From an uncultured Verrucomicrobiae bacterium (lineage in GTDB: Bacteria; Chlamydiota; Chlamydiia; Chlamydiales; Rhabdochlamydiaceae), in NCBI GenBank assembly GCA_963731265.1, contig CAVSUE010000001.1:704001-768000 (forward strand): a stretch of DNA of 64,000 bases, read 5' to 3'. The notes beneath the pieces were generated by a model. That model had not been told where the DNA came from. It made no database searches and saw only the letters and a list, made by a program, of their open reading frames with translations. Position numbers and translations under genes: made by a program. Positions 1 through 9,371 of the stretch are shown in pieces; within the stretch, counting starts at the first letter, position 1; the number at the start of each line of letters is the position of its first letter.

Positions 1-524
1 CCGTCAGCAAGGCCTAAAATCATCAAGGCCGCTAAAGCAATTAAGAGGACCGGCGTCAAATAAACACCTAAAAAACCGACGAGCCTTTGCCGTTTAAAGC
101 TGCAAGCAAAAATGAGAGCCGCTGCAAGAACGCTAAATACAGGCATAGACATTCCAGACAGATAGGGGCTTGCCGTCGCATGCATGAGCGTGACAAGCCG
201 AGGGATAACTCCAAAGGGACCTAAAATGAGCTGCAAAAGCAATAGCAGCAGCAGGCCCGGTATCTTTCCCATCCGTCCGAAAAATTGGTTGTAATCGGCT
301 CGAAACAGAATCATCGCTGCCAGCCCAAGAAACGGCACGACAATCGCCGTCAACCCAAGACCTCCTATAGCAAACCACACGTTGTCCCCTACAGATTTTC
401 CAATGAGTAGTGGAAAAATTAAATTCCCTGCTCCAAAGAACATGGAGAAAAGAGCAAGCCCAGTTGTGATCCAACTGCTTGATTTTGTTTGTTGCGCCAA
501 AAGCGGCGAATCTTGAATTGACAT
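1..524 (-). CDS. brnQ: Branched-chain amino acid transport system II carrier (5' part; runs off window)
   Basis: Not in ORF track. Manual translation from ATG 524: MSIQDSPLLAQQTKSSSWITTGLALFSMFFGAGNLIFPLLIG..., containing the LIVCS/BrnQ signature FSMFFGAGNLIFP. Confidence 0.92.
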   Translation of the reverse strand, partial: MSIQDSPLLAQQTKSSSWITTGLALFSMFFGAGNLIFPLLIGKSVGDNVWFAIGGLGLTAIVVPFLGLAAMILFRADYNQFFGRMGKIPGLLLLLLLQLILGPFGVIPRLVTLMHATASPYLSGMSMPVFSVLAAALIFACSFKRQRLVGFLGVYLTPVLLIALAALMILGLAD

Positions 525-626
525 AACAGCACCCTTAAAGTTTGGCACTTCTTACCCGTTGAAGGCTTCATCTCGAAGGTTTTTTGCTGGAGAAAAAGAT
601 TTGGCGGAAAAGAAGTGCTTATTTTT

Positions 627-719
627 TTATGCGCGCATGCGCACGACCGTCACCACTTGACCAAGAGGGGCAAGTGAAGAATCTAAGACAAAAGAAGTAG
701 ATTCACGATGATGGTTCAT
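627..719 (-). promoter_or_regulatory. Putative leader peptide / attenuator upstream of brnQ
   Basis: 30-codon ORF MNHHRESTSFVLDSSLAPLGQVVTVVRMRA with a GGAG RBS. Val cluster near its end, followed by complementary segments 610-618/545-553. Confidence 0.45.
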
Positions 720-900
720 ATTAAGCACTCCGCCAAAATGGCTGGATTTAACCCCCATCATAGAACAACCGCTATTTTCAAGGAATAAAACCTTTATATT
801 TAAATACAACCAACTGATATTCAGTATTTTATAAAAAAATTGAAATTTAAAACTAAAAAACATATAATATATATTATAATATTTAATAATAGATATAAAA

Positions 901-2580
901 ATGAGTATATTTAATCAAGTTAATGTTGAAGGCTTGAATAAGTTCATTGCTTTAATGCAGTCGCATGGCGCAATTGCAATGCAACCCATTTTCACAGACG
1001 ACGTCAAAGCCATTTTCAACAGTAACGATTCAGTCTCTAAAGCTGAAATGTGCGCCCGACGGCTTATCGATTGGCAAAACAACCTAAATCGAACCAAGAA
1101 TAATCCGAACTGCGCCATTCTTTTTGATAAAAATATATTTAATGAGTTCATAAATAGTCAAAAAATTCTTAATAAATTAAAACGGAAATTCAGCAAACTG
1201 CTCATCGCAGACATGACGCTTCCCCATCGAGAAATGCTGACTGAAGAGGCCTCCCAGAGTCTAGGCACGCAGTTTAAAGACGTCATGTTAATTTCCCATT
1301 TGTTCGAGCATTATGGAGATGATGCTATCTGCTTAAAGTTGATTGCCGTCCATGCAAAACATCGGCTTGATGCTGAGTTTCCTAAAAGAGGAGAATCGGT
1401 CATCCTTGGCGATGGTTCAAGCCGTTACCGTGTGAATGCCCGTTTAATTCTACCGGTTCTTTCTGCTGCAGAGCACTTCGATTTGGCCTCCAATGCATGG
1501 GGATATCAGGGCCAGCAAATCTCGCCATTGACGGCATATGCAACAAATAAAGACGATGCTGTTCGTTCCCGTCTCAGCGAGGTCCGCAAACTGGGGTGGC
1601 TGAAATTCCCTCAAAGTCCTTGGGACCTGGTTCTAGGAAGGAGTGAATTTACAAGAGCCATCCAATTCGCAAAGTTTTTTGATGGGTGCCCGATTGGGAA
1701 TTGTGCAGAACGAAGCGATTACAAATTTCGCAAAATTGTTAAGCAAAGGCAATTCGATTTGGTGCTGGAAGCGGAGTTCCAACCTAGTCGACCTGCAGAC
1801 CATGTCTTTGTTATTTTCGTATCCCTTTCTAATCAGTGGAGCTACGTCCTCGACGCTTGGAATGGAGCGAGGGTCTACGCGAATAAAGATAAGGATAAAT
1901 ATCTTGAAGGCTACGCCGGTACGAAAGCCAGGGATGGGACGGCCAATGTTGTAAAATTTGATCCCAATCTCCAGCATATCCACATTAAAACTTTCAGCAT
2001 TTTTCCTGTGGAAACCTTTAAAAAAATGTCAAGGACTCAACACATTGCATTGATCGAGCTATTGAAGGAATTTCACCAAACTCCTAAAGAGCATTACCAA
2101 GAAAAAATGTTGAAGGCAATGGAGATCGTCCTCTTTATAGAAAATAGGATGCCGCTTTATGAATACACCGATCCAGCTGTCCATGAACTCTATGATCAAA
2201 TGGTTTATCTGACAAAAAAAGAAAGAAAAAAGGGATTAGCCCTTCCTCCTCTAAACGACAAGGTGCGGTGTTTAGTTAACGAGGCCCTTCAAAATTTAGA
2301 TCTGCCTAGCTTAGAAAAGCATCTTAGGGACAACCAACCCATGGACAGTGTGACGCTTTTCCATGCGATTAAGGCAAGCTTGCGCGCAAACAACATCCAG
2401 TTCTTACAGGCAGTTGTGAACGCAAATGTGCCTATAAAGCCCTCTTTCTTGACCAACGTTTACGATTCGAACCCCCGAGAAGCCATTATTCAACTCGCCA
2501 ATCTATTTTATAAACGTACCCAGTCGTTAGACCTCAGACCTCTTTGCATGGAAGCTGTCCAAAACTCAACAACGGCTTAA
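901..2580 (+). CDS. Hypothetical protein, putative secreted effector with papain/transglutaminase-like Cys-His-Asp motifs (paralog 1)
   Basis: 559 aa ORF; motifs IGNCAE...ADHVF...VLDAW; AT-rich upstream region. Confidence 0.6.
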   Translation: MSIFNQVNVEGLNKFIALMQSHGAIAMQPIFTDDVKAIFNSNDSVSKAEMCARRLIDWQNNLNRTKNNPNCAILFDKNIFNEFINSQKILNKLKRKFSKLLIADMTLPHREMLTEEASQSLGTQFKDVMLISHLFEHYGDDAICLKLIAVHAKHRLDAEFPKRGESVILGDGSSRYRVNARLILPVLSAAEHFDLASNAWGYQGQQISPLTAYATNKDDAVRSRLSEVRKLGWLKFPQSPWDLVLGRSEFTRAIQFAKFFDGCPIGNCAERSDYKFRKIVKQRQFDLVLEAEFQPSRPADHVFVIFVSLSNQWSYVLDAWNGARVYANKDKDKYLEGYAGTKARDGTANVVKFDPNLQHIHIKTFSIFPVETFKKMSRTQHIALIELLKEFHQTPKEHYQEKMLKAMEIVLFIENRMPLYEYTDPAVHELYDQMVYLTKKERKKGLALPPLNDKVRCLVNEALQNLDLPSLEKHLRDNQPMDSVTLFHAIKASLRANNIQFLQAVVNANVPIKPSFLTNVYDSNPREAIIQLANLFYKRTQSLDLRPLCMEAVQNSTTA

Positions 2581-2761
2581 GGGTTGGCCGCTGCAACGTA
2601 GGCCGGGTCTTAGAGGATGTCGCTATTTTCAACGAATTAAAATCTTTATTTGATCGCAAACAGCAAATATGCAGTGATTTATAATTAATTGATAATAATT
2701 ACTAAATAATTTATAATTTTTAGTTAAAAGTTAATAATTGTTCTATTGAGGTGATAAAATA

Positions 2762-4453
2762 ATGAGCATCTTTAATCAAGTTAATAAAGACAGGTTAAAT
2801 GAGTTTATTGCGTTAATGCAATCGCATGAGAAAATTGCAATGCAGCCCATTCCCACAGATGAGGATAAAGCCATTTTCAAGAGTGGCGATACGATCTCTA
2901 AAGCTGAAAGGTGCGCGCAATTGCTCATCGAATGGCAAAACAATATAAACGAATCGAAGACTAATCCAATCTCCAAAACGCTTTTTAATAAAAAAAAATT
3001 TAATCGCTTTACAAACAGTCAAAAAACCCTCAATAAATTAAAACGGAAATTCACTAAACTGCTCATCGCAAACATGGCGTTCCCCCAGCGGGAGATGCTT
3101 ACCAAAGAGGCCGCCAATCGCCTGGGCTTGCCGACGAACGATGTCATGTTAATTTCCCATTTATTCCAACACTATGGAGATGATTCCCTCTGCTTAGAAT
3201 TGATCGCTCCCCATGCAAAACATCACCTGAATCCTCCTGTCTACCCAAGAGGAAAATTGATTTCGTTTGGCGATGGTTCAGACGGTTATCAAATTAGCAA
3301 CCGCCTCATTTTTCCGGTTTCTTCTGCTGCAGAACACTTCCCTTTAGCCGCCAATACTTGGGGATATCGGGGCCAAGAAATCTCGGCCATGACCGCATAT
3401 GCGTCTAAAAAAGCCGATGCTGTTATAGATCGCTTGAGCGAGATGCGAAATCGTAGTTGGGTAGTATCCCCTCAAAGCCCTTGGGAGAGTGTCCTGGAAA
3501 GGAGTGATTTTACGCGAGCCATCCAATTCGCAAAGTTTTTCGATGGGTGCCCCATTGGGAATTGTTCAGAACTAACCGACTATAAATTCCGCAAAATTGT
3601 CAAGCAAAGGCAATTTGACTTGGTCTTAGAAGCGGAGTTCCAACCTGATCAACCAGCAGATCATGTCTGGATCATTTCCGAAGACCCCGTTTATAAGCGA
3701 AGGCACATCTTGGACGCTTGGAATGGGCCGAAGATCTATGCCGAACAGGATACGGAAAAATACCTTGATGGCTATGCTGATACGAATATCGATGATGGAA
3801 CGGCCAATCTTGTAAAATTTGATCCCAAACTCCAGCAAGTCAAGACTAGGGCTTGCAGCATTTTTCCTCTTGAAGAATTTAAAAGAACCTCAAAGACAAA
3901 ACACCTTTATTTAATCGAGCTTTTGAAAGAATTTCATGAAATTCCTAAACAGCAATACAAAGAAAAAATGTTGAAGGCAATGGAGATCGTCCGGTTTATA
4001 GAAAATAGAATGCCGCTTTATGAATACACCGATCCAGCCGTCCATGAACTTTACGATCAAATGGTATATCTGACAAAAAAAGAGAAAAAAAGGGGATTAG
4101 CCCTTCCACCTCTGAAGGAGAAGGACCGCTGTTTGGTCAACGAAGCCCTTCAAAACTTAGATCTGCCTGGCTTAGAAAAACATCTTAAGCAAAATCAACC
4201 CATGGACAGCATGACGATTCACCATGCGATTAAGGCAAGCTTGCGCGCAAACAACATCCAATTCTTACAGGCAGTTGTGGATGCGAAAGTTCCGATCAAG
4301 AGCTCTTCCTTGACCACCTTTTATCATTCCAAGCCTGAGAAAGCTATCAGAGTACTCGCTGCTCGATTGTATAAAGCGAGCGATGCATTAGACCTCCGGC
4401 CTCTTTGCAAGAAAGCCGCCATGAACCGCCACTCCAGCCAAAATCAGACTTAA
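2762..4453 (+). CDS. Hypothetical protein, putative Cys-His-Asp effector (paralog 2)
   Basis: 563 aa; colinear and highly similar to 901..2580; IGNCSE...ADHVW...ILDAW. Confidence 0.6.
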   Translation: MSIFNQVNKDRLNEFIALMQSHEKIAMQPIPTDEDKAIFKSGDTISKAERCAQLLIEWQNNINESKTNPISKTLFNKKKFNRFTNSQKTLNKLKRKFTKLLIANMAFPQREMLTKEAANRLGLPTNDVMLISHLFQHYGDDSLCLELIAPHAKHHLNPPVYPRGKLISFGDGSDGYQISNRLIFPVSSAAEHFPLAANTWGYRGQEISAMTAYASKKADAVIDRLSEMRNRSWVVSPQSPWESVLERSDFTRAIQFAKFFDGCPIGNCSELTDYKFRKIVKQRQFDLVLEAEFQPDQPADHVWIISEDPVYKRRHILDAWNGPKIYAEQDTEKYLDGYADTNIDDGTANLVKFDPKLQQVKTRACSIFPLEEFKRTSKTKHLYLIELLKEFHEIPKQQYKEKMLKAMEIVRFIENRMPLYEYTDPAVHELYDQMVYLTKKEKKRGLALPPLKEKDRCLVNEALQNLDLPGLEKHLKQNQPMDSMTIHHAIKASLRANNIQFLQAVVDAKVPIKSSSLTTFYHSKPEKAIRVLAARLYKASDALDLRPLCKKAAMNRHSSQNQT

Positions 4454-4455
4454 AC

Positions 4456-6432
4456 TTAATTCGAAATTTGGGCGCTGGAATTAGCTAAAATACTCGGATG
4501 GACGGGATGGTGTTTTCCGCCTAAATGCTGAGATAAAAAGTACTCGGCATGGTTTACATACATCATTAGATTTGGAAATTTGGCGATGCGATGCCCTTCA
4601 TCGGGGAATAGAAGGTACGTCACCCGTTGGTGGTTTTTTTTCATGCTTTGGTAGATTTGCTGCGATTCTTTTTCTGCGACAACATGATCATTTTTTCCAT
4701 GAACTAATAAGAGCGGCGCTCGAATAGCTTCTAAGCAATTGAGTGGAGAGCATTTTTCTAAATGGCAGACCCCCTTGGGATCATCGGGGTTGCCTCCCAT
4801 GCTCGTGATGAAGGCTTGTTTTGTAAAAAAGTTCATTCGATTGGAAAGAGGCCTAGAGGTGAATTCCCAGAATTTAGGGACATTATCTAGAACAGTCTTG
4901 AGATTGGAAGGGCCGCAAATCGACACACAGCAAGTGAAATACTCGGGGGAAAAAGTCAGGCAAGCAAGAGCTTCATAGCCGCCATAACTTCCTCCGAAAA
5001 CAGCTAATTTACCGCGGTCAGTAATCCCTTTTGCGATGCAACTTTCTACAGCGTCGATGACGTCGAGGTGCGCTTTTCCTCCCCATTCGCCATTTCCGGC
5101 GTTGACGAATTCTTTTCCAAAGCCGGATGAAAGGCGAAAATTTACGCTTAATACCGCATAGCCGCAGCTTGCCAGCCATTGGTGATAACGATTGAACTCG
5201 TATTTGTCTCTGACTTTGAAAGGTCCGCCATGAGGGACGACAACGAGAGGGATTGGATTATCGACATACCCGCCTTTGTCGTATTCGTTGGGGAGCGTGT
5301 AGTAACAAACGAGCTTTTGATCATCTCTTGTCTCGACGACCAGGGGATACATTTTTGAAAAGCTGTCAGAATCGGATACTGAGGAGTGAAGAAGAGAAAG
5401 TCTATGGACCTTTCTTTCGTAGATCCAGAATTGCCCTCCCTGATCGGGAATACTCGTGGAAATCGTCCATACATCCCCATTTCTACTGCTGCTAACGATA
5501 TCAAAATTAGAACCGATATGGTTTTCAAGGAATGCGATGTCTTCTTTAATGGATGGATCGATCACATGCCATTTTTTTTGCACATAATAGGTGGCATACG
5601 CCTTGGGCTCCCCATCGATGAATAGAACCTCGTCCACATCGCTGTCCAAGGGAGCGCCTAATACTGTCTCGTCGTCCAGAGATTTAACCACGAGCTGATT
5701 TTTATCCGAGAATCGGTTGTCCAAGAGGTAGACAGACTGTGTTTTTTCGTTGTAGGAAAGGAATTCGGTCTGGAATGCTTCAGAAGAGCTCATTTGCATA
5801 AAAATAGCGTCATCCGAAGTGAATATTGTCCACGAACCATCGTCCTCATGGATCTGCATTTTCAAAACAAGATCTAAATGATCCCCGACCAGAAATTTTG
5901 CATAACAATGGTTTTCAAATAACAGCTCAATTTTACCTGTGTCGAGGTCTAGAAAATAGAGGTCATGAAAATGGGGATTCCTATGGTTTAATCCAATGAC
6001 CGCGCTATTCTTTGTGGAACTGATTTGAATCACTTTTGCGTTGACGTTAGAAAAACTCTCTGTATAGACGAGGTGTTCTTTAGAAAGAATGTGGAGGCCG
6101 TGTAGATGAAGCTGGCCTGTTCCATTCTCGTCTTTCAATAGCAAGACTCTCTGACTGTCGCTAGACCAAAAAAATTGAATGATTTCCGGCGTGGTGAAAA
6201 AGCTGATTTGTTCGCGGCTGGCTGTGGAATCGTCTATCGAGCTTATGAACACATTAGAAATCCCTTTTTCGTCCGCGCCTACATAAGCGACCGTATTCCC
6301 ATCAGGGCTGATCTTTGCTGAAATCAGAAGGGGATTTGCAAAAAGCTCTTCTTTTAACACTTTTCCTGAGACATGTTGTTGCGCCATTGTGGAAAACATG
6401 ATCATCACCATCCATCTAAAAAACCGGTTCAT
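4456..6432 (-). CDS. S9 family (prolyl oligopeptidase / acylaminoacyl peptidase) serine peptidase
   Basis: PHGGP, GGSYGGY nucleophile elbow, HGKNDHVV, PDEGH. Start set at 6432 (ATGA overlap with the upstream stop). Confidence 0.92.
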   Translation of the reverse strand: MNRFFRWMVMIMFSTMAQQHVSGKVLKEELFANPLLISAKISPDGNTVAYVGADEKGISNVFISSIDDSTASREQISFFTTPEIIQFFWSSDSQRVLLLKDENGTGQLHLHGLHILSKEHLVYTESFSNVNAKVIQISSTKNSAVIGLNHRNPHFHDLYFLDLDTGKIELLFENHCYAKFLVGDHLDLVLKMQIHEDDGSWTIFTSDDAIFMQMSSSEAFQTEFLSYNEKTQSVYLLDNRFSDKNQLVVKSLDDETVLGAPLDSDVDEVLFIDGEPKAYATYYVQKKWHVIDPSIKEDIAFLENHIGSNFDIVSSSRNGDVWTISTSIPDQGGQFWIYERKVHRLSLLHSSVSDSDSFSKMYPLVVETRDDQKLVCYYTLPNEYDKGGYVDNPIPLVVVPHGGPFKVRDKYEFNRYHQWLASCGYAVLSVNFRLSSGFGKEFVNAGNGEWGGKAHLDVIDAVESCIAKGITDRGKLAVFGGSYGGYEALACLTFSPEYFTCCVSICGPSNLKTVLDNVPKFWEFTSRPLSNRMNFFTKQAFITSMGGNPDDPKGVCHLEKCSPLNCLEAIRAPLLLVHGKNDHVVAEKESQQIYQSMKKNHQRVTYLLFPDEGHRIAKFPNLMMYVNHAEYFLSQHLGGKHHPVHPSILANSSAQISN

Positions 6433-7031
6433 AAATTGAGCCAGGCTACGATACCGAATCCGAAGATCATCGTTCCTGCGCAACGGTTCACCCAGCGTAT
6501 GGCTTTGGGAGTGACTTTCTTGCGAAAGAGCATCACCACTTCACTCAGGAGGATCCACCAAATCGTTGAGCCCATAAAAACTCCCAAGACAAGCCATCCG
6601 GCACTTTTTTTGTCGCCGCCAAGTCCTAATCCGGCGAATATGGCGAGAAAAGAGAGTATTGTCAAGGGATTAACCATCGTTAGAAAGAAGGTAGAGACAA
6701 AGTCTCCTAAGAGAGTCTTATGTGTGATTTGGCCTGATTTTTCATAGGGGTTTGCAATGAACGTTCTGATTCCCAAGTATATCAAAAAAGCCCCGCCCAC
6801 CAAGCGAAGCCAAAACTGGCCTGGGAGCAAGAAATTTGAGATCGAAGTCAACCCTAAAGCAGCGATAAAGCCGTAAACGGTATCTGCAACAGCGGCTCCA
6901 AGCCCGGAAAACAGGCCGGATAATCGGCCAAATTGAATGGTTTTGCGAACGCATAGAAAGCCGATAGGTCCAACCGCGGCAGCAATAGAAAAGCCTAAAA
7001 TGATCCCTTTGAGAAAGAAGCTAGAGTCCAT
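6429..7031 (-). CDS. LysE family translocator
   Basis: GIILGFSIAAAVGPIG...GLGAAVAD...TMVNPLTIL; hydrophobic 200 aa. Confidence 0.9.
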   Translation of the reverse strand: MDSSFFLKGIILGFSIAAAVGPIGFLCVRKTIQFGRLSGLFSGLGAAVADTVYGFIAALGLTSISNFLLPGQFWLRLVGGAFLIYLGIRTFIANPYEKSGQITHKTLLGDFVSTFFLTMVNPLTILSFLAIFAGLGLGGDKKSAGWLVLGVFMGSTIWWILLSEVVMLFRKKVTPKAIRWVNRCAGTMIFGFGIVAWLNL

Positions 7032-8073
7032 AAGTATTGTTCAGCAAGTCTTGCATGTTCAATTCCATTTGGTAATGAAGCACCGGATGCCATTTTGCAA
7101 TAAATTCTCCGACAATTTTAAAGCCTACCTTCTGATAGACGTGAATGGCGCGTTGATTTGTCGACTCAGGGTCGATTAAAACCCTCTTCACATGTGAAAA
7201 GTGAGTGGTCAAGAATTCTTTGATCATGGACACAGCAAGCCCCTTGCCCAGGTAATTTAAATCGCAAATAAACAAATCCAAGGTTTCAGCATCTATTCCT
7301 TCAGGGGAAGTAATCAGAAAGGCAAAAGGGGTATCGCTATCATAAGCGATCCAGTAGGTGGTTTCGGATGATCCCTGAAAAAACTTTTCCAAGCCATTTA
7401 ATGTATTTTGAAGGCCTTCTCCGTGAAGCCATTCCTTAATGTGTTTTTGCCCAAACCATCCATGGATAAGTGTTCTTTGATCAGGAGTAACAGGAGCAAA
7501 ATGAAAGTTGCGTTGATCTTTATTGTGTGAATTTTTCCATTCCTCTTTTTTGAGGCGGTATAAAACATGTCTTCTCAGGGGGTGATTTTCCGGAAGTTTC
7601 GGATGATCAAAATCATCTTTGGAGTCATGGTGCATGCCGATCTTTTCCATGACGCGTCGGGAGCGCCTATTTTGCACGGGAGTAAAAGAGACAACTTCTT
7701 GAAGATTTAATGTTTCAAATCCGTACTTCAACGAGGCATTAGCACCCTCCGTAGCATAACCTTTTCCCCAGTATTCAAAGGCAAGCCTCCATCCAATTTC
7801 CACAGCTGGTGTGAAATGTGCTGTAAAATTGACATGTCCTATGCCGATGAAGCCAATAAATTGATCTGTTTGGTTTAGTGAGGCTGCCCAAAAGCCCCAT
7901 CCATGCCGATCGATTTGCTCTTGCATTCTCAAAGCGGTTTGGTCGCTTTCCTCTCGACTTTTAACGGCAGGAAAATACTCCATGACACGCAGGTCACAAT
8001 TGAGCTGGGCAAATGGCTCCAAATTTTCCGTGCGCCAAGGACGAAGGGTGAGGCGAGCCGTTTTAATCATCAT
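7021..8073 (-). CDS. Two-domain GNAT N-acetyltransferase (RimJ-like plus AAC(6')-like)
   Basis: [24 protein letters not shown]; second domain YLGKGLA...[19 protein letters not shown]. Confidence 0.88.
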   Translation of the reverse strand: MMIKTARLTLRPWRTENLEPFAQLNCDLRVMEYFPAVKSREESDQTALRMQEQIDRHGWGFWAASLNQTDQFIGFIGIGHVNFTAHFTPAVEIGWRLAFEYWGKGYATEGANASLKYGFETLNLQEVVSFTPVQNRRSRRVMEKIGMHHDSKDDFDHPKLPENHPLRRHVLYRLKKEEWKNSHNKDQRNFHFAPVTPDQRTLIHGWFGQKHIKEWLHGEGLQNTLNGLEKFFQGSSETTYWIAYDSDTPFAFLITSPEGIDAETLDLFICDLNYLGKGLAVSMIKEFLTTHFSHVKRVLIDPESTNQRAIHVYQKVGFKIVGEFIAKWHPVLHYQMELNMQDLLNNTYGL

Positions 8074-8507
8074 CGTTCTACCATGATGGTAACCGGCCCA
8101 TCATTCACTAAAGCCACTTTCATTTCAGCTCCAAAAATTCCGGTGGCTACCGGAATGCCGCTCTTGCGTATCTCGTCGACAAAATGTTCGTACAGAGGGT
8201 TTGCGATTTCGGGAGGCGCGGCCTGTGTGAATGAAGGCCTTCGGCCCTCGCTGCAATCCGCATAGAGCGTAAATTGCGAAATGATCAGAGCCGACCCTTT
8301 TTGATCTAGCAGAGATTGATTGAGTTTTCCTTGGGAATCTTCAAAAATGCGCAAGTGGATCAGCTTGTTTGCCAACCATGCTGCCTGGACGGCTTTGTCG
8401 GTATGTGTGATGCCGATGAGGACGAGAACGCCATGGCCGATGCTGCCTACAACTTTATGATCGACCTCTACGCTGGCTTTCGCCACGCGTTGAATAAGAA
8501 TTTTCAT
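8070..8507 (-). CDS. dtd: D-aminoacyl-tRNA deacylase
   Basis: [28 protein letters not shown] signature. Confidence 0.97.
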   Translation of the reverse strand: MKILIQRVAKASVEVDHKVVGSIGHGVLVLIGITHTDKAVQAAWLANKLIHLRIFEDSQGKLNQSLLDQKGSALIISQFTLYADCSEGRRPSFTQAAPPEIANPLYEHFVDEIRKSGIPVATGIFGAEMKVALVNDGPVTIMVER

Positions 8508-9211
8508 GAGGCTTGTATTGTGAGAACGGTCCCGGTCCCAATTTTATAAAAACGATCCTGAAAAGCTTGTTTAAATGTCTCAATCGCCTGGCTGCCGGAA
8601 CAGTGGCAGGGCGCTGCAATTTGCACGTTAAGAGCTTTAAATTGATTCACTATTTCGTCGATTTGGCTCTGTCTATTGCGGAACAGATGGAATCCTCCCA
8701 ACACAAGGTGAATGGGCTGCTTCAGGCGTTTGTGCGCCTCTTGCAGGATTCGAACGATTCCCGGATGTGCGCAGCCTGTGATGACCATTAAACCCTTTTG
8801 TGTTTCTACTAGAAGGGCTTGTTCATAGAAAAAAAGTCCGCCTTTTAAAACCAGGGAGTAAATCCCCGAGCCTATTTCTTTAAAGTCGTTGATAATTTCT
8901 ATTTGGAGGGTTGAAGGAAGCTTTTTAGATGGGAATTTTTTGGGCAGGAAAACGCGGCTGCCTGCTTTGAGTTTTCCAAGGATATCTTTAAATCCCGCGA
9001 CGTGATCCGCATGGTTATGGGAGCACACGACATCGGTGATTTCATTGCACGGAATACCTAATTTGTGAAGATTGGAGAAGAAAGCTGCTGAATCTGCGCC
9101 GGTATCAAAGAGAATTTTTCGGGAGCCGAGGTCGACCAAACACGAAAAGCCCCAACCTTCTTTGAAGTTTTCATCTGACTTACAATTGTCGTAGATAATC
9201 TTAATTTTCAT
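8504..9211 (-). CDS. MBL-fold metallo-hydrolase
   Basis: [39 protein letters not shown]. Confidence 0.9.
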   Translation of the reverse strand: MKIKIIYDNCKSDENFKEGWGFSCLVDLGSRKILFDTGADSAAFFSNLHKLGIPCNEITDVVCSHNHADHVAGFKDILGKLKAGSRVFLPKKFPSKKLPSTLQIEIINDFKEIGSGIYSLVLKGGLFFYEQALLVETQKGLMVITGCAHPGIVRILQEAHKRLKQPIHLVLGGFHLFRNRQSQIDEIVNQFKALNVQIAAPCHCSGSQAIETFKQAFQDRFYKIGTGTVLTIQAS

Positions 9212-9319
9212 TTGCTTTAATTATAGGTTAGCGGGTCCTCAATGTCAAGAGGCTACGGAAGAGAGGATCCTGTGACCGTTGAAGGTAAAGCCAACCCGCC
9301 TTTGCTGACAATAAATTGC

Positions 9320-9348
9320 TTGACTTGAGTTTCGAACTCAACTTAGAT
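9320..9348 (+). promoter_or_regulatory. Putative sigma66/70 promoter with spacer palindrome
   Basis: TTGACT-N17-TTAGAT; TTGAGTT-tcg-AACTCAA palindrome occupies the spacer. Confidence 0.4.
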
Positions 9349-9371
9349 GAATTCAAAAAAAAGGCACTTTT

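Noticed and set aside
133..474. 113-aa ORF in the track
   Set aside because: Out-of-frame shadow of brnQ, which starts at 524 in another frame.
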